The translations under genes and the position numbers were made by a program. Shown piece after piece: positions 1-14,651 of a stretch of DNA of 64,000 nucleotides (the stretch's first letter is position 1; every line of letters begins with the position of its first letter). The DNA lies in assembly GCF_018350175.1 (NCBI RefSeq), contig NC_058368.1:193008001-193072000 (forward strand), given 5' to 3'. This stretch comes from Felis catus. Its lineage: Eukaryota. Under the pieces are notes generated by a model. The model was given only the letters and a program-made list of their open reading frames with translations. It did no database searches and was not told the DNA's origin.

Positions 1-2394
1 GGAAGCAGGGTGTGGGAAACAAAGAAAAGATACCTTTTTTTTTTTTAACTAAAAGGCTTCTATACTGTTCATATTTTAAAATAATATGCATGCATTAAAC
101 TTATCATTTAAACCACAGTTATTTGAAAATAATAAGAAAAATAGACAGTGTGTGACTTGTTATTAACACCCTCGGGGTCTGCAAAGAGAGCATAAAGAAA
201 CCAAGCAAGCAGATTTCTGCACTGATGCTCAGAAATGAAGACAACGTTGGCTCTTAGCAGAATTTATACTGCTACATACAAGCTCAGGTTAATAACATGC
301 TCAGAATAGATAGACCAGGGATAGCAGCACAGCATACATGCGAAACAGAGTCGGCCAAGCTGTTAGAGGAAAGATATTCCAGAGCACAAATGTTGGACAG
401 ATGGATGGTGCAAGATGCTTCCCAAAATGTTACTAAGTCTCAAAAGGATCCAGAAAAGTATAGCATGTAGCATGAGTTCTTAATTCATAAGAGGTCTCTT
501 TTTTTTTCCAGAAGGAAGCACTCACACTCAAATTCTTTCTCCTGTTTTATTGGGCTAATGAGTGAGCCATCTGGTATTAAGCTATTAAGAGTGATCTTAA
601 TATTTACTGACTGCTTTCTGTGTGCCAGGCATTTTAGCCATCACAGCCATTCCTTGAGGCAGGGTTTTCACAAATAGGTAAAGTGATGCCCAAAGGAGTT
701 GAGTAACTTAAGGTCACTTGGTGAGTAGGTGGTGGGGACCCCTTTGGACCTCCTGCCCTCTAAGTTTTGTGCAGCTCAGCATTCCCGTGGATGGAGGGCA
801 TCACCTTATTCTGGAGGAGAGGAAACTAAGGTCCATAGTAGGGAACAGAATTCCCCAAGGCCAGGGTACAGGTAGAGGCTGAGACAGGCCTGGACTCAGG
901 CGTTTATTCCCAGCACATGTTCATCCATCATCACAAACTTCTCCTTAGGCCTTAGGTAGATAGCAGATATTTCAGACAATGTTGAACGGAATTCAACTGG
1001 TCTCTTATATGAACGATATTTTAATAGGCTTCCAACAATGAGGTTCCTTTCTGAAACTTGCACCTTCCAAACCTGAATATCTACCTCTTGATTTTTGCAC
1101 TATACCTATGACCCTGAACACCAACTGCTAATTCCATGGTTTGTGGAAGGTGGATTACTGTGGCACCACGCTATTTTAACTTCGTCTGAACCAAAAATAT
1201 GTGTGAAAGTACAAATGGGTTTAGTGGTTACTTAATTTTCTTATAACACATATTTTGAAGGGTAATGTTGACCAGGTTTAAAAACACTTAATTTGTTTTT
1301 AGAAGGAAGACTCGAATTCCTAGCCTGGGCCTGTGGGAGGAGGGACCTACAACCGGGCCCATAGGACTCACTCTGCAGCATTATCAGAAGCGATGCTGGT
1401 GTTCTTTTGTCTGCTCAAATGCACTTTGGCTCTCACCATTCACAGCCCCTACACCTGTTTCCCCATCTTCCAGCAACACTCTTGCCCTGAGCAACTTCTT
1501 TGTAGGAATCCCCTTAAAGACCCTTTCTTTGGGGGAGGGGGGTGCTTTCTAAGCACCAGGGGAAGAGTTTGAGACTCCTGTCCTACTTGTACTTACTTGA
1601 TCACCGTCATCTTCCCCATCAGACTGTGGGCTCTGGGAAGGCAGGGACCACATTTATCTTGTTTATCACCCTGTGGTGATAGTCCCCAGTAACCAAGTTG
1701 CTGGTGCTAGATGTTGATTAAATCAGTGACAGAAGAGACAAAACCCTTGCAATACAAGAGATCTCAGAAAGCATAATAGTTCTACATTTCTGTGATTTTG
1801 GAGTATATCACTATTTTATATCCAAATATAATAATATAAGCTTATAATGATGTCCCCAAGTTAGTGACAAAAAAGGCTCTGTTTAGTGTGCTTGCTGGAG
1901 AAAGTGGCACTGAAATTCATTTGAAGACTATTTCCATTAAAACAGTCAAATTGAAAAAAGTCTTCTTACAATGGGAGCATTAACTATCTTAAAAAAAACC
2001 AAAACACTTAGCAAAATACCTATTGATGCCAGATAAACAAAGTATTACTCTACTTTGAATTAATGTAAGCTGTATTTATGAATTTTTATATTACAAATGG
2101 GTACATTTCATTTTCCCCCATCTTACGCAGTCCCCAGGAGATTCACGGGTAATAAAACAAATGAATTTCTTTCTCCATTAGGCTGTCATTGCCACGTTCA
2201 CATGGCTCCTTGCCCATACACTCCAACATTTTTCTCATAATAAGTGGTAAGGCCTTCAGCTTTCTCATTTATCTTAACCACCTCCTTTGTGTTTTAGGAG
2301 AGACAAGTAGTATAATACCTTCAATCTATATCTGGGAAGGAGGTAAGTTGAGTCAAAGATGCCAAATGATTTAACTTCACATAATCATTTAGTA

Positions 2395-3900
2395 TTCACC
2401 CATCCATCTTTATCAAGGATGCAACAAATATTTAGTGATTGCCAACTTGGTGCCAAGCTCTGTTTTAGTTGCTGGAAGTATGATAGGAAAGAATATACGT
2501 AAGGTCCCTGTTTTCATGTAATGGAAACTCTAGATGGAGGAAATAGATGATAGACAAGTAAACAAAGAAATGAAAAAAATTAATATCAAATAGTGCTGTA
2601 GACTGAATGTTTGTATCCTCCAAAATTCATGTGTTGAAAACCTACCCCCTAACGTGATCATACTAGAAGGTATAGCTTAGGGGAGATGATTAGGTCGTGA
2701 AAGTGAAGCCGTCATGAATGGAATTAGTACCCTTATAAAAGAGGCCCCAGAGAGGTCTGTCACCCCTTTCCACCTCGTAAGGACACCGCAAGAAGGCAAC
2801 CATCTGTAAACAAGAAAGTGTGTTCTCACCAGACACCCAATCTGCTGGCACCTTGATCGCAGACTTCCCAGCCCCCAGAACTGTGAGAATTCCTGTTGTC
2901 TAATCCACCCAGATTATGGTATTCTGAGACAAACAATGATAAACACTGTGATGAAAATGAGAGTTATGTAACCCCAACTCTAACCCTAGCCCTGGGTGCA
3001 TCTACTGTTACGGGGTCAGGGAGGCCTCTCTGAAATGGGGACAAATGAGCTGAGATCTGAATACCAAGAAGAAGCCAGTGAAGGGACCATGTGGGGGAAG
3101 ATCATTGTAGGTGGAAGGAACAACAGGATCAGAGGTTTGAGGTGGGAGCAAGCTTCGTGTGTTTGAGCGAGGAGGTCAGGATGGATGGGGTGTAATGAGT
3201 GAGTTGGAGAGTAGTAAGTGCTCAGCCCAGACACATAGGAAAGACCTACCTCATACCAGGTCTATAGGCCATGGTAAGGAGTTTGGATTCTTTTCTAGAA
3301 TTTTCTTCTAGTGATGGGAAACACAGTAAAATATAAGAGGATGACATGGTGTAATTTATGCTTTTGAAAGCTTATTCTGGTTGCAGTGTGGAGAATGAAT
3401 GGCCTGGGGAAAAGAGTAGAAGCAGGGAGTTCAGAGGGGCCCCAAATAGCACAGGCCAGAGTTGATAGTGTCTTGCACTAGGGTGGTGTCAATGGAAGTA
3501 GAGAGTAGTGGGTGGATTGGATATATGTTTTCTGAAGTGACACAACAGAACTTGCTGATCTACTCGATATGAAGAGTAAGGCAAATTGAGTCAAGGATGA
3601 CACAGGTTTTTGGCTTGAGCAAATGAGTAGATGGTGCCATTTGCTGAGAGAAGATGGTGGGGGTAGAAACTGATGTATTCTTTTGTTATCAGGGCAGGGA
3701 ATCAAAAAATCTGTTTTGAGCATATTAATTTTGAGATGCCTTTTAGAGATGCCTGGCCAAGTGGAGATGCCAAGTAGGGAGGTGTTAGATCCATGAGTCT
3801 GGAAGAGAGCATTGAGAGCTGAAAATAACCATTTGGGAGTCACCAGTGTGAAGATGGCATTTAAAACTTTGAAAGTGGGTGATGCCACCAAAAAGTGTTG
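2395..3900 (-). mobile_element. L2 LINE relic, interrupted by MLT1A
   Basis: Typical reverse L2 3' end (caacaaatatttagtg...) followed by purine-rich L2-like body. Confidence 0.6.
2595..2930 (+). mobile_element. MLT1A-like MaLR solo LTR nested in an L2 relic
   Basis: TGCTGTAGACTGAATGTTTGT...CCTTATAAAAGAGGCCCCAGAGAG...GACTTCCCAGCCCCCAGAACTGTGAGA...AGACA matches the recalled MLT1A consensus layout. Confidence 0.75.
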
Positions 3901-5338
3901 GAGAAGGGGCAGGCACATCTCCCAAGCCCTCATCCCTGAGTCCCAAGCTGACCAATGGTCATGGTCAAACACCATAACACAAGAGTTTCACCCCTCCTGT
4001 TGCATTAAATTAAACATTTACTGTCTCTTCTACATGAAAGGTGTTACCCTAGGGAATAGGGGCTACAAAGATTGGTGACTAATACATGATGCCATCTCTC
4101 AAGTTGCTCACAAACTGGCAAGGAAAGAGTAACTATAATATAAAGGGAAGGATATGTTAGTGTATCTCTAAGGGAGTGGAAGGGTCCTTAAATGATAAAG
4201 GAGACAGATTGGGAGCAGATTACGGAGGGTCAAGAAATTGGATTTGTTTTCTGCTTAGATGATAGGACATCAGTAAAGATTTCTGAGTTCCACGATCATA
4301 TTAATCCATTTCCTTCCCATCCTTGACTCCTTCACCCTTCTGCTTCTAGCCCAAATCTCACCCCAACCACAAAGTGCTGCCCGTCCTCCACTACCACTGA
4401 CTTTTCATCTTTAGCTCTTTTGCATTTCTTACCTGGTGCTAATCCATTTAGCAATTGATGACACACTCTCTTTTGGGTGGTTTATTGTAGAAACATCTGA
4501 CCTTTCTACTGATCTTTAAATTACTTCTCAATGGGATCTATGACTTAGATCCATAGTTTCTTGCTCAGGGATAGGAACATAGTAAGTCCTCAATCAATGC
4601 CTATTTTTTTAAGTGTCACTTCTTTAGGGAATTCTTCTCTGACCTCTGATTAGATCAGGCTTCTCAGTTCTAGGCTCTCATGGAATCGTTTGCTAGCACA
4701 CTTCCCAGTTTTTAATTATATACCCTATGTGTAACTATTTGAATAGTTTCTGTCTTCCCATGGGCTGAACTTCCCAAGAGCAGGGATCGTCTCTGATTTT
4801 GTTTCTGGTAGTGTCCCTACTTTGTGTGCAACAAACATTTGTTGAAAAATTGAAGAGGCATGGCCTTTTGTGCCCAAGGGGTCACGGAGTTTGAGTAGAG
4901 TAGCCTCAGGCTTGGTCCAACTGTCTGCCTGCAGTTTCTGAAAGAGCGGAGATTCACAGAGCAAAACTGCTGCACAGAGGGAGTTTCTACTGATGAACTT
5001 CCCTTCTGCTTAGGGACAAACTATTTCCCAGGGGGTGGCTCTTCTATTGGAAGGAGGCCCCTCGAAGGCTGATGTATCATCACTTAGGGCACTTGAGTCC
5101 TGCCTCTTGCGCGGCTGAGCAGGAGGCAAAGCAGAGTTCCCAACTGTCAGGAAGAATAAGCATGCTGGCAGTGGCCACATATCTTCCAGGCAGATGGAGC
5201 GACATATGTATATTTACATATATATTTCCTAATCAATAGGTTCCAGCGAAAACATGAAAACTCAAGAACATGATTGGAATTTAAGGAACTCTGAAGGAGT
5301 TTGATTCCTTAAAGAAAATTAGCACAGTCGTTTTTTTG

Positions 5339-5369
<31 letters not shown>

Positions 5370-6059
5370 AGCTGCAGATGACTTCAGGACAAAATAGTGC
5401 TATTGAATGATCAAACATTTCTCCCTAAATATGTAAAATCTCCTCTTCCAAATTAGGTACTTCTAGCATTTCTTCATTAAAAAATGCATTTCTGGGACCA
5501 GCCAAAACAGGCTTTGAAATCTAATCATATTTCTGGCCCCTGCCTTCTCTCTCTCTCACCTCACCAGCCACACAGGCCGGCCTATTTCTTCTCTTTCTCT
5601 AATAGGCCAACCTTGTTCCCTAGGACCTTTGTCCTTGCTTGTTCCTTTAGTTGGAATGCCTCTTCCACTAACCTTTGAATGTCTGGATCCTCATCAGTCG
5701 GGTCCCAGCCCAATGCCTTCTTTGGAGAGGGTTCTCTGACTCTGATTAAAGATACCACTTGCCAGTCACTATCATTGTGGTGTCTCTGGCCCCTGGAGGC
5801 GCTTGCAAATAGCAGGTAGTTTCAGTTAACATGTTAATGAATAACTAGATTAAGACAATTATGCCTCAGTAGAATCTTATAACTTGTCTGCCTGCCATTT
5901 GAGCCATGTGTATTGGAGACAATATAAGTGATGGCTTGAAGGTTTAGACTAAGATTTACTGCTTCTGATTCTTGCTTTGTTGATGCATGTGAATATCTTC
6001 AAGGAACATGGCTTGCAACTTTATCCACTACAGAACCACATCTTGTTCCTGTAATTCAT

Positions 6060-7050
6060 GGGAAGGTGACCTTGCCGCACATTACCAGCTGCCTACAGCT
6101 TCCATTCTTACCCTCCTTTCTTAGTAATAGAACCCTTTAAGGCAATGTATCCAGTTAAAAAAAATACACATATGCATCTCCCCAGGTTTTCTGACAGTTA
6201 TGACAGGTAGCCATGTAGTCCAGATCTGGCAGCTGAGTAACAGGAGTCAGGTGAGGAGGCTTCAGGAAAGCTGTCATCTTGATAAAAAGGTAGACTCACT
6301 GCTATGTGTCTTTGCCCTTTGCCCTTCTAACCTTCCCCCTGCCTGCAATATAGACATGTTACTGAAGGTGAAGGAGCTGTCCTGTGTAGCAGGTGTTGTC
6401 AGTGTTCCATCCATAACCCCTTGACACTCAACATTCTTATATTCAACAGGATATTAGGTCTTTGCTCAAGTTCTTTGCCTCCTGAAAGCTCCTGTGACTC
6501 TACTGAGGGCTTTTGCTGGTTATAGGATCATGCCAGCCTGTGTGTGGCAGGTTGAAAGTGCCAGTTAGTGAACTTGGGAATAGCCCTCAATGACAGGTAG
6601 GAGCTGGTGCATACGTATCTGAGCTTCTTGGCTTTCAGGTGGGAGCTTTGAGGCATGAACTACATACACTGGGGGCAGACAGAACTCCCTGAAGTCCCCA
6701 GTGGGACTTAACACCACTTGCCCAAATCAGTAACCCACTCATTAATGCACCCTGGATTGGCTTTCTTTTCCCTGTCTCACTTCCCTACTCTCCTACCTTC
6801 TTGGGATCACCTTCCAAATAAACTACTTGCAGATGAATCCTGGTCTGAGGCCCTCCTGGGAACCCAATCCAAGACATCTTATGACCATGTGGATGAAAGC
6901 CACATGCTAAGGGTGAAGAGGAATCTAAAACTAGCCTGAGTCCTTAATGCTGGACTTGAGCCTTGGAATGACTTCGTCTGGACTTGTTATTTGAGAATAA
7001 TAAACCTCTTATTTGGGTAAGCCACCACAACTGGTTTTCTATGGCATGCA
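6060..7050. mobile_element. Degraded LTR/MLT-type relics
   Basis: MLT-like motifs (AATAAACCTCTT...GCCAC; CCAAATAAACTACTTGCA). Confidence 0.4.
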
Positions 7051-7939
7051 GCCACATGTTAACTGTGACTGAGAGAGAACTGGAGGAATTTTTAGTTGAG
7101 TCTAAATGTAACCAGTCATGGCTACTAACAAGGCTGACACTCTGGATGCATGATTATTGGCCCCTTACACTCTATGGCAGGTTACAGCTAGCACAGTGTT
7201 TGCTTACATGTTGCTTTATTTAATCCTCATGTTACTTTTGTGAGCTAGGTATCGACAACTCCAATTCTTAAGTCCAGAGAGGCCAAATCACATTGTTACA
7301 TGGCTAGTGGTGGTATCAGCACTCTAAGTCCAGTGACCTTTTGCCATGGGGAGGTAGGAACTAGGTTTTCATTCTAAGAGTGACAGATCTGTGGTATTTA
7401 GGTAGTGAGTCGACCTTTACCTTTTCCCTTTGCCTGTCTCCTGAGATCCTGTGCTTTTCTGTCATCACCTTTCACTCCCATGGGACTGCGGGCATTTGCC
7501 TGTACCAGAGGTACCCCTCCCACGTGCCAAATCTCACCAGACCTTACATATTAATCATGTTTTCCAAAACGTGCTAAACTCTCTTTAGGTCTTTGCTCAA
7601 GCTCTTGTCTTTGTCAGGAATGCTTTATCTCAGAAGTGAACAATTGCTACAGTTGGTCTGGTAACTGCATCTTCATGTAACTGTGGGCAAGACACCCATC
7701 TCAATATGGCCCATAGTATCAAAAACATGTAGATGCATATTAAGTATTTGTAAAATTAAAATGCAGAGCCATGGTAGAATCCAAGTTGAATTCATTTTGA
7801 CTCCTGTTTAAAATCATTAACATCAAGTTCCATCACACATAAAAATGAAGATCATGATAGAAGATTTCAGACAAATGAAATAACAGTCCGTTGAACATTT
7901 AATAAATTATATTCAAGCATGACTTTTTTTAAAGAAAGG

Positions 7940-10900
7940 ACAAAATTATAATGTAAGTATTTATTAAAATGGTAACCATTCAAACATCATCTGAACCATA
8001 CGAAATAATATGCACTTTTATGAAATGTTGAGAACATTGAGAAGCTAGGAGTTTATGTATAAACATGAGCATTTTCAAAATTCCCGACTTACATGAGAAA
8101 AGGCTGTGTTCTCTTACTGGTGACTCAGGAATTATGATATACTTGTGTGAGAAGTGCTGGTGTGTGGAGACAAGGCTAGCACCCATGACCGGCTGTGCTC
8201 TGGAAAACAAGCATGCCATGCTCCCGTGACACTCTGGGACAAGGGAGACAGAGTCTGATCTAGGGTGAAACTACATGCAGGGAGGACATGGAGGGGACTG
8301 CACCAGGGGTTCACTGAGGCTGGAGGACCACACAGAAAGCAGCGTGCTTTGACTTCAAAATGCATGCTAAGCGAGGCAAAGAAGCCAGGAACCTTTTCAC
8401 CATTCCAGATCAGCAACTCCTAAGGTATTTATATCAAGGTAATTGGTAGTAAATATAAGTGCTCACTGATTCTGAATCAAGAGTTTAACTATCAAAACAG
8501 ATTCAACTTTGAGGATAGGCTAAAACTCAACGGGGGTATCAACTCAAAAGATGCCTGTCTGGTTTCAGCTGGCAAAGAATCTATAAAAATGTTGACATAT
8601 CTATTTTTGGTAAATTTATTTCACAAAGCCATCCTGTCATTTCATAAGGACAGTAAGGTAAGTCACAATACAAAATTTATAAGTGAGATGAGAGAACTAT
8701 TTAAATACATTTGCTGAGTAAAGACATTTTCACTAACCATAAAATCCAGTGAAACAAAAGATTAATTACACCACAGTTGTTGTCAAAAGACTTTTAGACT
8801 GTAGTTTAAGTTCAAAAGGTTAAGGATTTTATAAAAACAGAACATGAGACTATTAATTATATATGAAGAGTATTTGATTAGATACAGAAAATATTAATGT
8901 GTCGTTTTCTTCCTCTTGGAAACTAGCTTTAGAAAAACTCCAATTAAATTCTGACTGCTGTAATTCTTTACCACTGGCACCATAATCTGGAATATCCAAA
9001 GTGATCCAATTACTTTGGCCACCAAATTAAATCACCACTGTGTTTCTAAAATAATCTTACCAGAACAAACTGGAGTAGCCTATACCTAATTGTTATATAG
9101 TATTTGTGTAAACATATCGATTTTTTTCATTATTTGTTATATTTTTCCAAAGTCCTGTTTCCCAGGGCTGTGACCATTAAATATGTCTATGGTTCCAGAC
9201 ACTCATGTCCATCATGAGAACAGGTGGTGGGATAAATCCATTCTCTTTTTAACATGAGTCTAGATGACTGCAAAGTCGCTATACTGGGATGGGGCTGGAG
9301 GTACTATCTGAAGATCGGAGGGATGTTCAGGGAACAGACCTCAGACAAGGGACTTTTAGCATTTTTAATTTCTCAAAAGAAACAGCCTGGGAAGGCAAAA
9401 AGTGTTCTATAATCTAGAGTACGGTGAGGAGCCCTTGCTCTCACAGCCAAATGTATGAAAACAGCATTCCTTAAAGACATGCAGGTTTGCGAGCCAAGGC
9501 AAGCTTTGGCTAAATGATTGGTAGCTTTTGTTTGGCTCTGGAGGTTTCCATGGAAACAGCCTGAGAGACAGAAAAGGCAGCATTATCATCTTTATCCGTA
9601 ATGCCATCTGATAAAACTACACATTGATTCATTCACGCTATCCAGAAGAGATGTATTACTTCCGATAAGCCTGGACAAAGGGAGGTATGAGTTCTATCTG
9701 GTTACGCTCTCTATCTCCTCGCTTTCCTCCATACGAAACCTTAAATTAAAATCCTGATAAAACCTCCTCTGAACATTTCCCTCAGGAACCTCTAGTTCAA
9801 GGAATGCTTCGATAATCAGAAGCCAAATGAAGACACATGAAGCACCAAATGGAGCTCCACAGCCAAGTTCTTAAAAATCATATGACACCAAGCTTCCTGT
9901 AGCTGAGGAAATTATTCTGAAGAGTATTTACAATTCTATTGTATCAGGCCTCAGCCAGGCAAGAAATACGGTCTTAAGTGTTCATTATACACAGCTGAAT
10001 CAGGTGGCCCCATCCATAATTTTTCTCCCTCTTTATATCTAGATCATTTGTGTGTTTGTATATATCTATACACTGGTACCTATATCTATGGCTACATATT
10101 TAATATACTCACAGATACCACACACCATTATCTAATCTTATTTCAGGTTAGTGCTTCTCAGAAAGACCACAAAAGCAGTCCTAGCTCAGAATTCTGTATC
10201 TGAAATACACAAAAATAAAAACATCAACAATATTAAAAAACAAACCAAACAAGGAGGCATGCAGCCTTTAGCACCATATTTACGATCAAGGAGGGCAAGA
10301 GTGTTGACAGAAGTCTCAAGAGGAACCCAGCTCTGAGTTTCCCCCTGGAATGGGATCCCAAATACAGAACCCTATTACAGAGTCCAGAACTTTCAAAAAT
10401 GGAAAGCCTGAGAAATTCTATGAACAGAAATGTCAAAATCCATGACTTACCAGAAATAGAGGATAGGTGATCTGATGTTGTTCCTTATTCTAAAAGCACT
10501 GAAGACATTATTCCTTAAGAACAAATTGCTCACTTTTGGAGATCAGTTGGGAAATCACTGCCAGCTCAATAAACTAAATGCTGCTTCGATAAGTTAAAAA
10601 GACATGCTACACTCCCCAAAAGGACCAATGTACTCATGGAAAGTAGTTTATTAATGAGCAGTTAGCTCCCTAATATCTGTGTAATACAGACATGGGTGAC
10701 ACTAAAGAGATTCAACCTAGCACATACAATTGCACACTCCACATGGTGAAATATCTGAAAAACACCCAGACCTCTATGCGCCATGGCATCGGTGTGGGAA
10801 TCTAAATCACAAAATAAAGTCTGAGCTTGGTCCTTTCCATAAAAAGGACTTAAAGTCTAGGGAAGGGTTTATTTAGAGATGTGCTGATAATTCTGTTGGT

Positions 10901-11311
10901 TTAAAGGGGACAGGTAAGAAGTTACAAATGACTTTAGATACCTAATGCAAATCCCTCGTCTTATTGGTGGGAAAACTGAGGCCTCAAGATAAGTGTCAGC
11001 TCTAACCGCTGGATGAAGCATGACCAGAAGAGAAGCCATGGAACTTTTAGTGTGGTACTTTCTCCATTTTGTTTCTCTCTCAGGCTCCTTTAAATCTTAA
11101 CACGTGTCACTTAATCAAGCTCCAGAAACATGACTAAGAAATAGATATGAAAAACACAGAAAATTTTACAAAGATTTTGGCAATAGTTCACATTCTGATG
11201 TGCTTAATATTAACAAGAGGGAAAACCCCAGTCATCTTTTGGTAAAAATGTTACTTCCTGCATGAAACAAGTTCCTCTTGTGAGAGCAGTTTTCGTAGGT
11301 ACTGGGATAGC
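7940..11311 (-). other. MFAP3: Probable long 3' UTR of MFAP3 with several candidate polyA signals
   Basis: Repeat-poor AT-rich stretch after the stop. Minus-strand AATAAA at 10868-10873, 10647-10652, 8615-8620 and 7960-7965; the last is followed by a U-rich downstream element. Confidence 0.55.
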
Positions 11312-12148
<837 letters not shown>

Positions 12149-13729
12149 TTACTGCTAAATATGCCGACCACCTTACCAATACTCCGTCTCTTCATGAGAG
12201 TGCCTTAACTCAAGTCTTCTATTAGGTTCTGCTACTTGTATGCATCACATAAGAAAGGGCAGACTTTTATGTCCACAGTAGGAATTTAAACAGCCCGGAA
12301 CTTAAAAAAGGGAATCAAAGTCTTCCTTCCTGACATGAATGGCACATCAATTAGTAAGCACTCTGGATTATGCCCATTTTTATTGTCATCAAAATTTACC
12401 TAAATTCTATAGTTACATTTAGGAGCCATCACTACACTAACACACACAAAAAAGAAATATGTAGCTATGAATATATTCATTATTCCACAAGCTGCTGTTC
12501 TACGAACTTGGGAGCTATGAGAAGGATATCCTATGAATCCAAAGTATGATGAAGTACATACACTCCATTCATCAGCCACTGTACTACGACCACAATGTAA
12601 ACTCTCCAGCTTACTTGCTGATAATAGCTCAAGATTTATGAACCTTATACTAGACTGACATGCTCTTTAAACTCCTCTCACTAGAGATTCATAAAACTTA
12701 ATAAAATTTTCCAGGGCTGTTACTGAAAGCATCAATGATAGATGCTGGTGGTTTTCAAAGTAAAGGCAAAACAGGAAAATGAAACTGCCATTCCACTCGG
12801 CTGGTCTCCTGCTAACCTAGGCTTTGTTTATGCATTCAGGCTGTAATGATCACACTGACTGAATAATTCAAATCTCACACGCGTTTGGTCTGGATCCTAG
12901 AGCCAAAGGAAATAACAGTCTAGACGAATGGGTCCATATGTGAAACCCTAAATCATGTTCAAAATACACATTCTGGGCACCACTCTAGAGATCCCGATTC
13001 AATAGATCTACATTCTTCAGAAGCTGATTAAAAATGTTCTGTTCTAACAGTTCAAACTCTTCAATCCCTTGGTGGCCAGTTATTCAGTTTATAGAAAGTT
13101 AAAATGTTTAGCGTAGACTTTAAAAGAAAACACCATCTGTCTCTTCTTCCATTTTCCATTCTAATATGAATAAGCAAATATCCTTTATATTCCAAGAGGT
13201 GAGAGTAGCTTTCTAGCAAAAAAGACAAGGGCCTTTTCTGAAAGTGTAGCTTGTGAGTATCCCAGAATTTAATCTTTATCCCATTGATTTTCATGGTGAT
13301 TTCTTTTTGAGGTACTTGAATGCAAGTAGTCTTTAAAAAGATCTTTCCAGTAGAATACCAGTTAAGGAAATAGTGCTCTAAGATGTGTTCACAGGTTTAC
13401 TAACAGCACAATCAAATAAAAACCTGTCAAAAATTACACCTTGGTCGATTATGCTGTTTGGGCGATTTTTAAGACTGAGAGGCAAAAAATACAAGAGAAG
13501 TTCTCCTGTTTTCAAATAAATTAAGGTATAGCATGAAAAAAATTGAGCTGGAAGGGCTTACAGAGCTCCTCCTCAGTGCCCTTCTAATTCTCAGAGGGAC
13601 TTTATGTTTTATGCACAGAGCTATAATCTTTAAAAAAAAAAACATCCTGGATTTTCTCTAAAATATTTAGTAACTCATTTCCAAACAAAATTTTAAAATT
13701 TATGACAAACTTACTTAAGCTTAGCCAAC

Positions 13730-13840
13730 CCCCTTCCTGTTGTATGCACATAGGGTTACCACACTGTATTGTGCACAAAACAGTGTAGGTCAACGGGGTT
13801 GTGCGGTGCGTAGCCTGTACAGCTGTCTACAGCAGCCCTG
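13730..13840. mobile_element. Short hairpin DNA-transposon relic (MER91-like)
   Basis: Internal palindrome ACACTGT..ACAGTGT and an end resembling GGTTGTGC...CAGCCCTG. Confidence 0.4.
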
Positions 13841-13921
13841 ATGTAGTCTACCTTCAATGAATAAGGAAACCAGCTCAGCAAGAGGAGAGACAATAGCTCC
13901 TTGTCATCAAGTGAACACCTT

Positions 13922-14140
13922 AGAAAAAAAATTTTTTTAATGTTTATTTATTTATGAGAGTGTGCGCATGTGAGCATGAGCGGGGGAGGGGCAGAGAGAG
14001 AGGGAGACGCAGAATCTGAGGCAGGTTCCAAGGTCTGAGCTATCAGCACAGAGCTGGACGTGGGGCTTGAACTCATGAACTATGAGATCATGACCTGAGC
14101 CAAGTCGGACACTCAACCAACTGAGCCACCCACGTGCTCC
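13922..14140 (-). mobile_element. Carnivore SINE (SINEC)
   Basis: Reverse SINEC body with T-rich tail; TSD GTGAACACCTT at 13911-13921 and 14145-14155. Confidence 0.9.
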
Positions 14141-14356
14141 ACATGTGAACACCTTTTAAATTTACAACTATTCTTTCTTCTTCTGGTTAAGCAATTATAA
14201 TTATTTTGCTTTCTCTGATACCTATCAGAAATACTCCAGGCCTTCCAAAAGTTTTAACTATTCCCTTGGCACCTCATCATTGAGCTTTCTTTGTGGAACA
14301 TGTCATACAACCAAGAAGACAGAAGTAACAGGAAATGAGTAACCTTGATTAGTTAC

Positions 14357-14651
14357 CTCTGCCTCTGCCATCCAGTTGCTGTCCTTTTGAGTTGTACCAA
14401 CGGACATCTTCATAGTGGTCGACTGTGAGAAGACACTCAATTGAAACACTAGTTCCCTCTTTGGCTATGATAACATCGTCTCCTGAGTGGGAACCTGCTG
14501 AGAGTTCAAAGCTTGGAGGAAATGATGAATTGAAAGAGCTATGATTTGCTCCCAGTGGGGCCATTTGGTTGAAGCCTACATCTTCCAAAACAAAAGCTGC
14601 TGGCACAATAACAGTCGCCACTAAAGTGAATAAACAACAATGTGGCTTCAT
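14357..14651 (-). CDS. MFAP3: MFAP3 first coding exon, coding part (signal peptide and start of Ig domain); whole exon 14357-14820
   Basis: ATG at 14651 gives MKPHCCLFTLVATVIVPAAFVLEDV...IAKEGTSVSIEC...WYNSKGQQLDGRGR. Donor G|gtaact at 14356 (phase 1 matches the next exon). Acceptor tcttttag at 14821-14822. Confidence 0.95.

Noticed and set aside
3478..3975. 165-aa minus-strand ORF
   Set aside because: Lies largely in a degraded L2 relic; no sign of an intact gene or reverse transcriptase.
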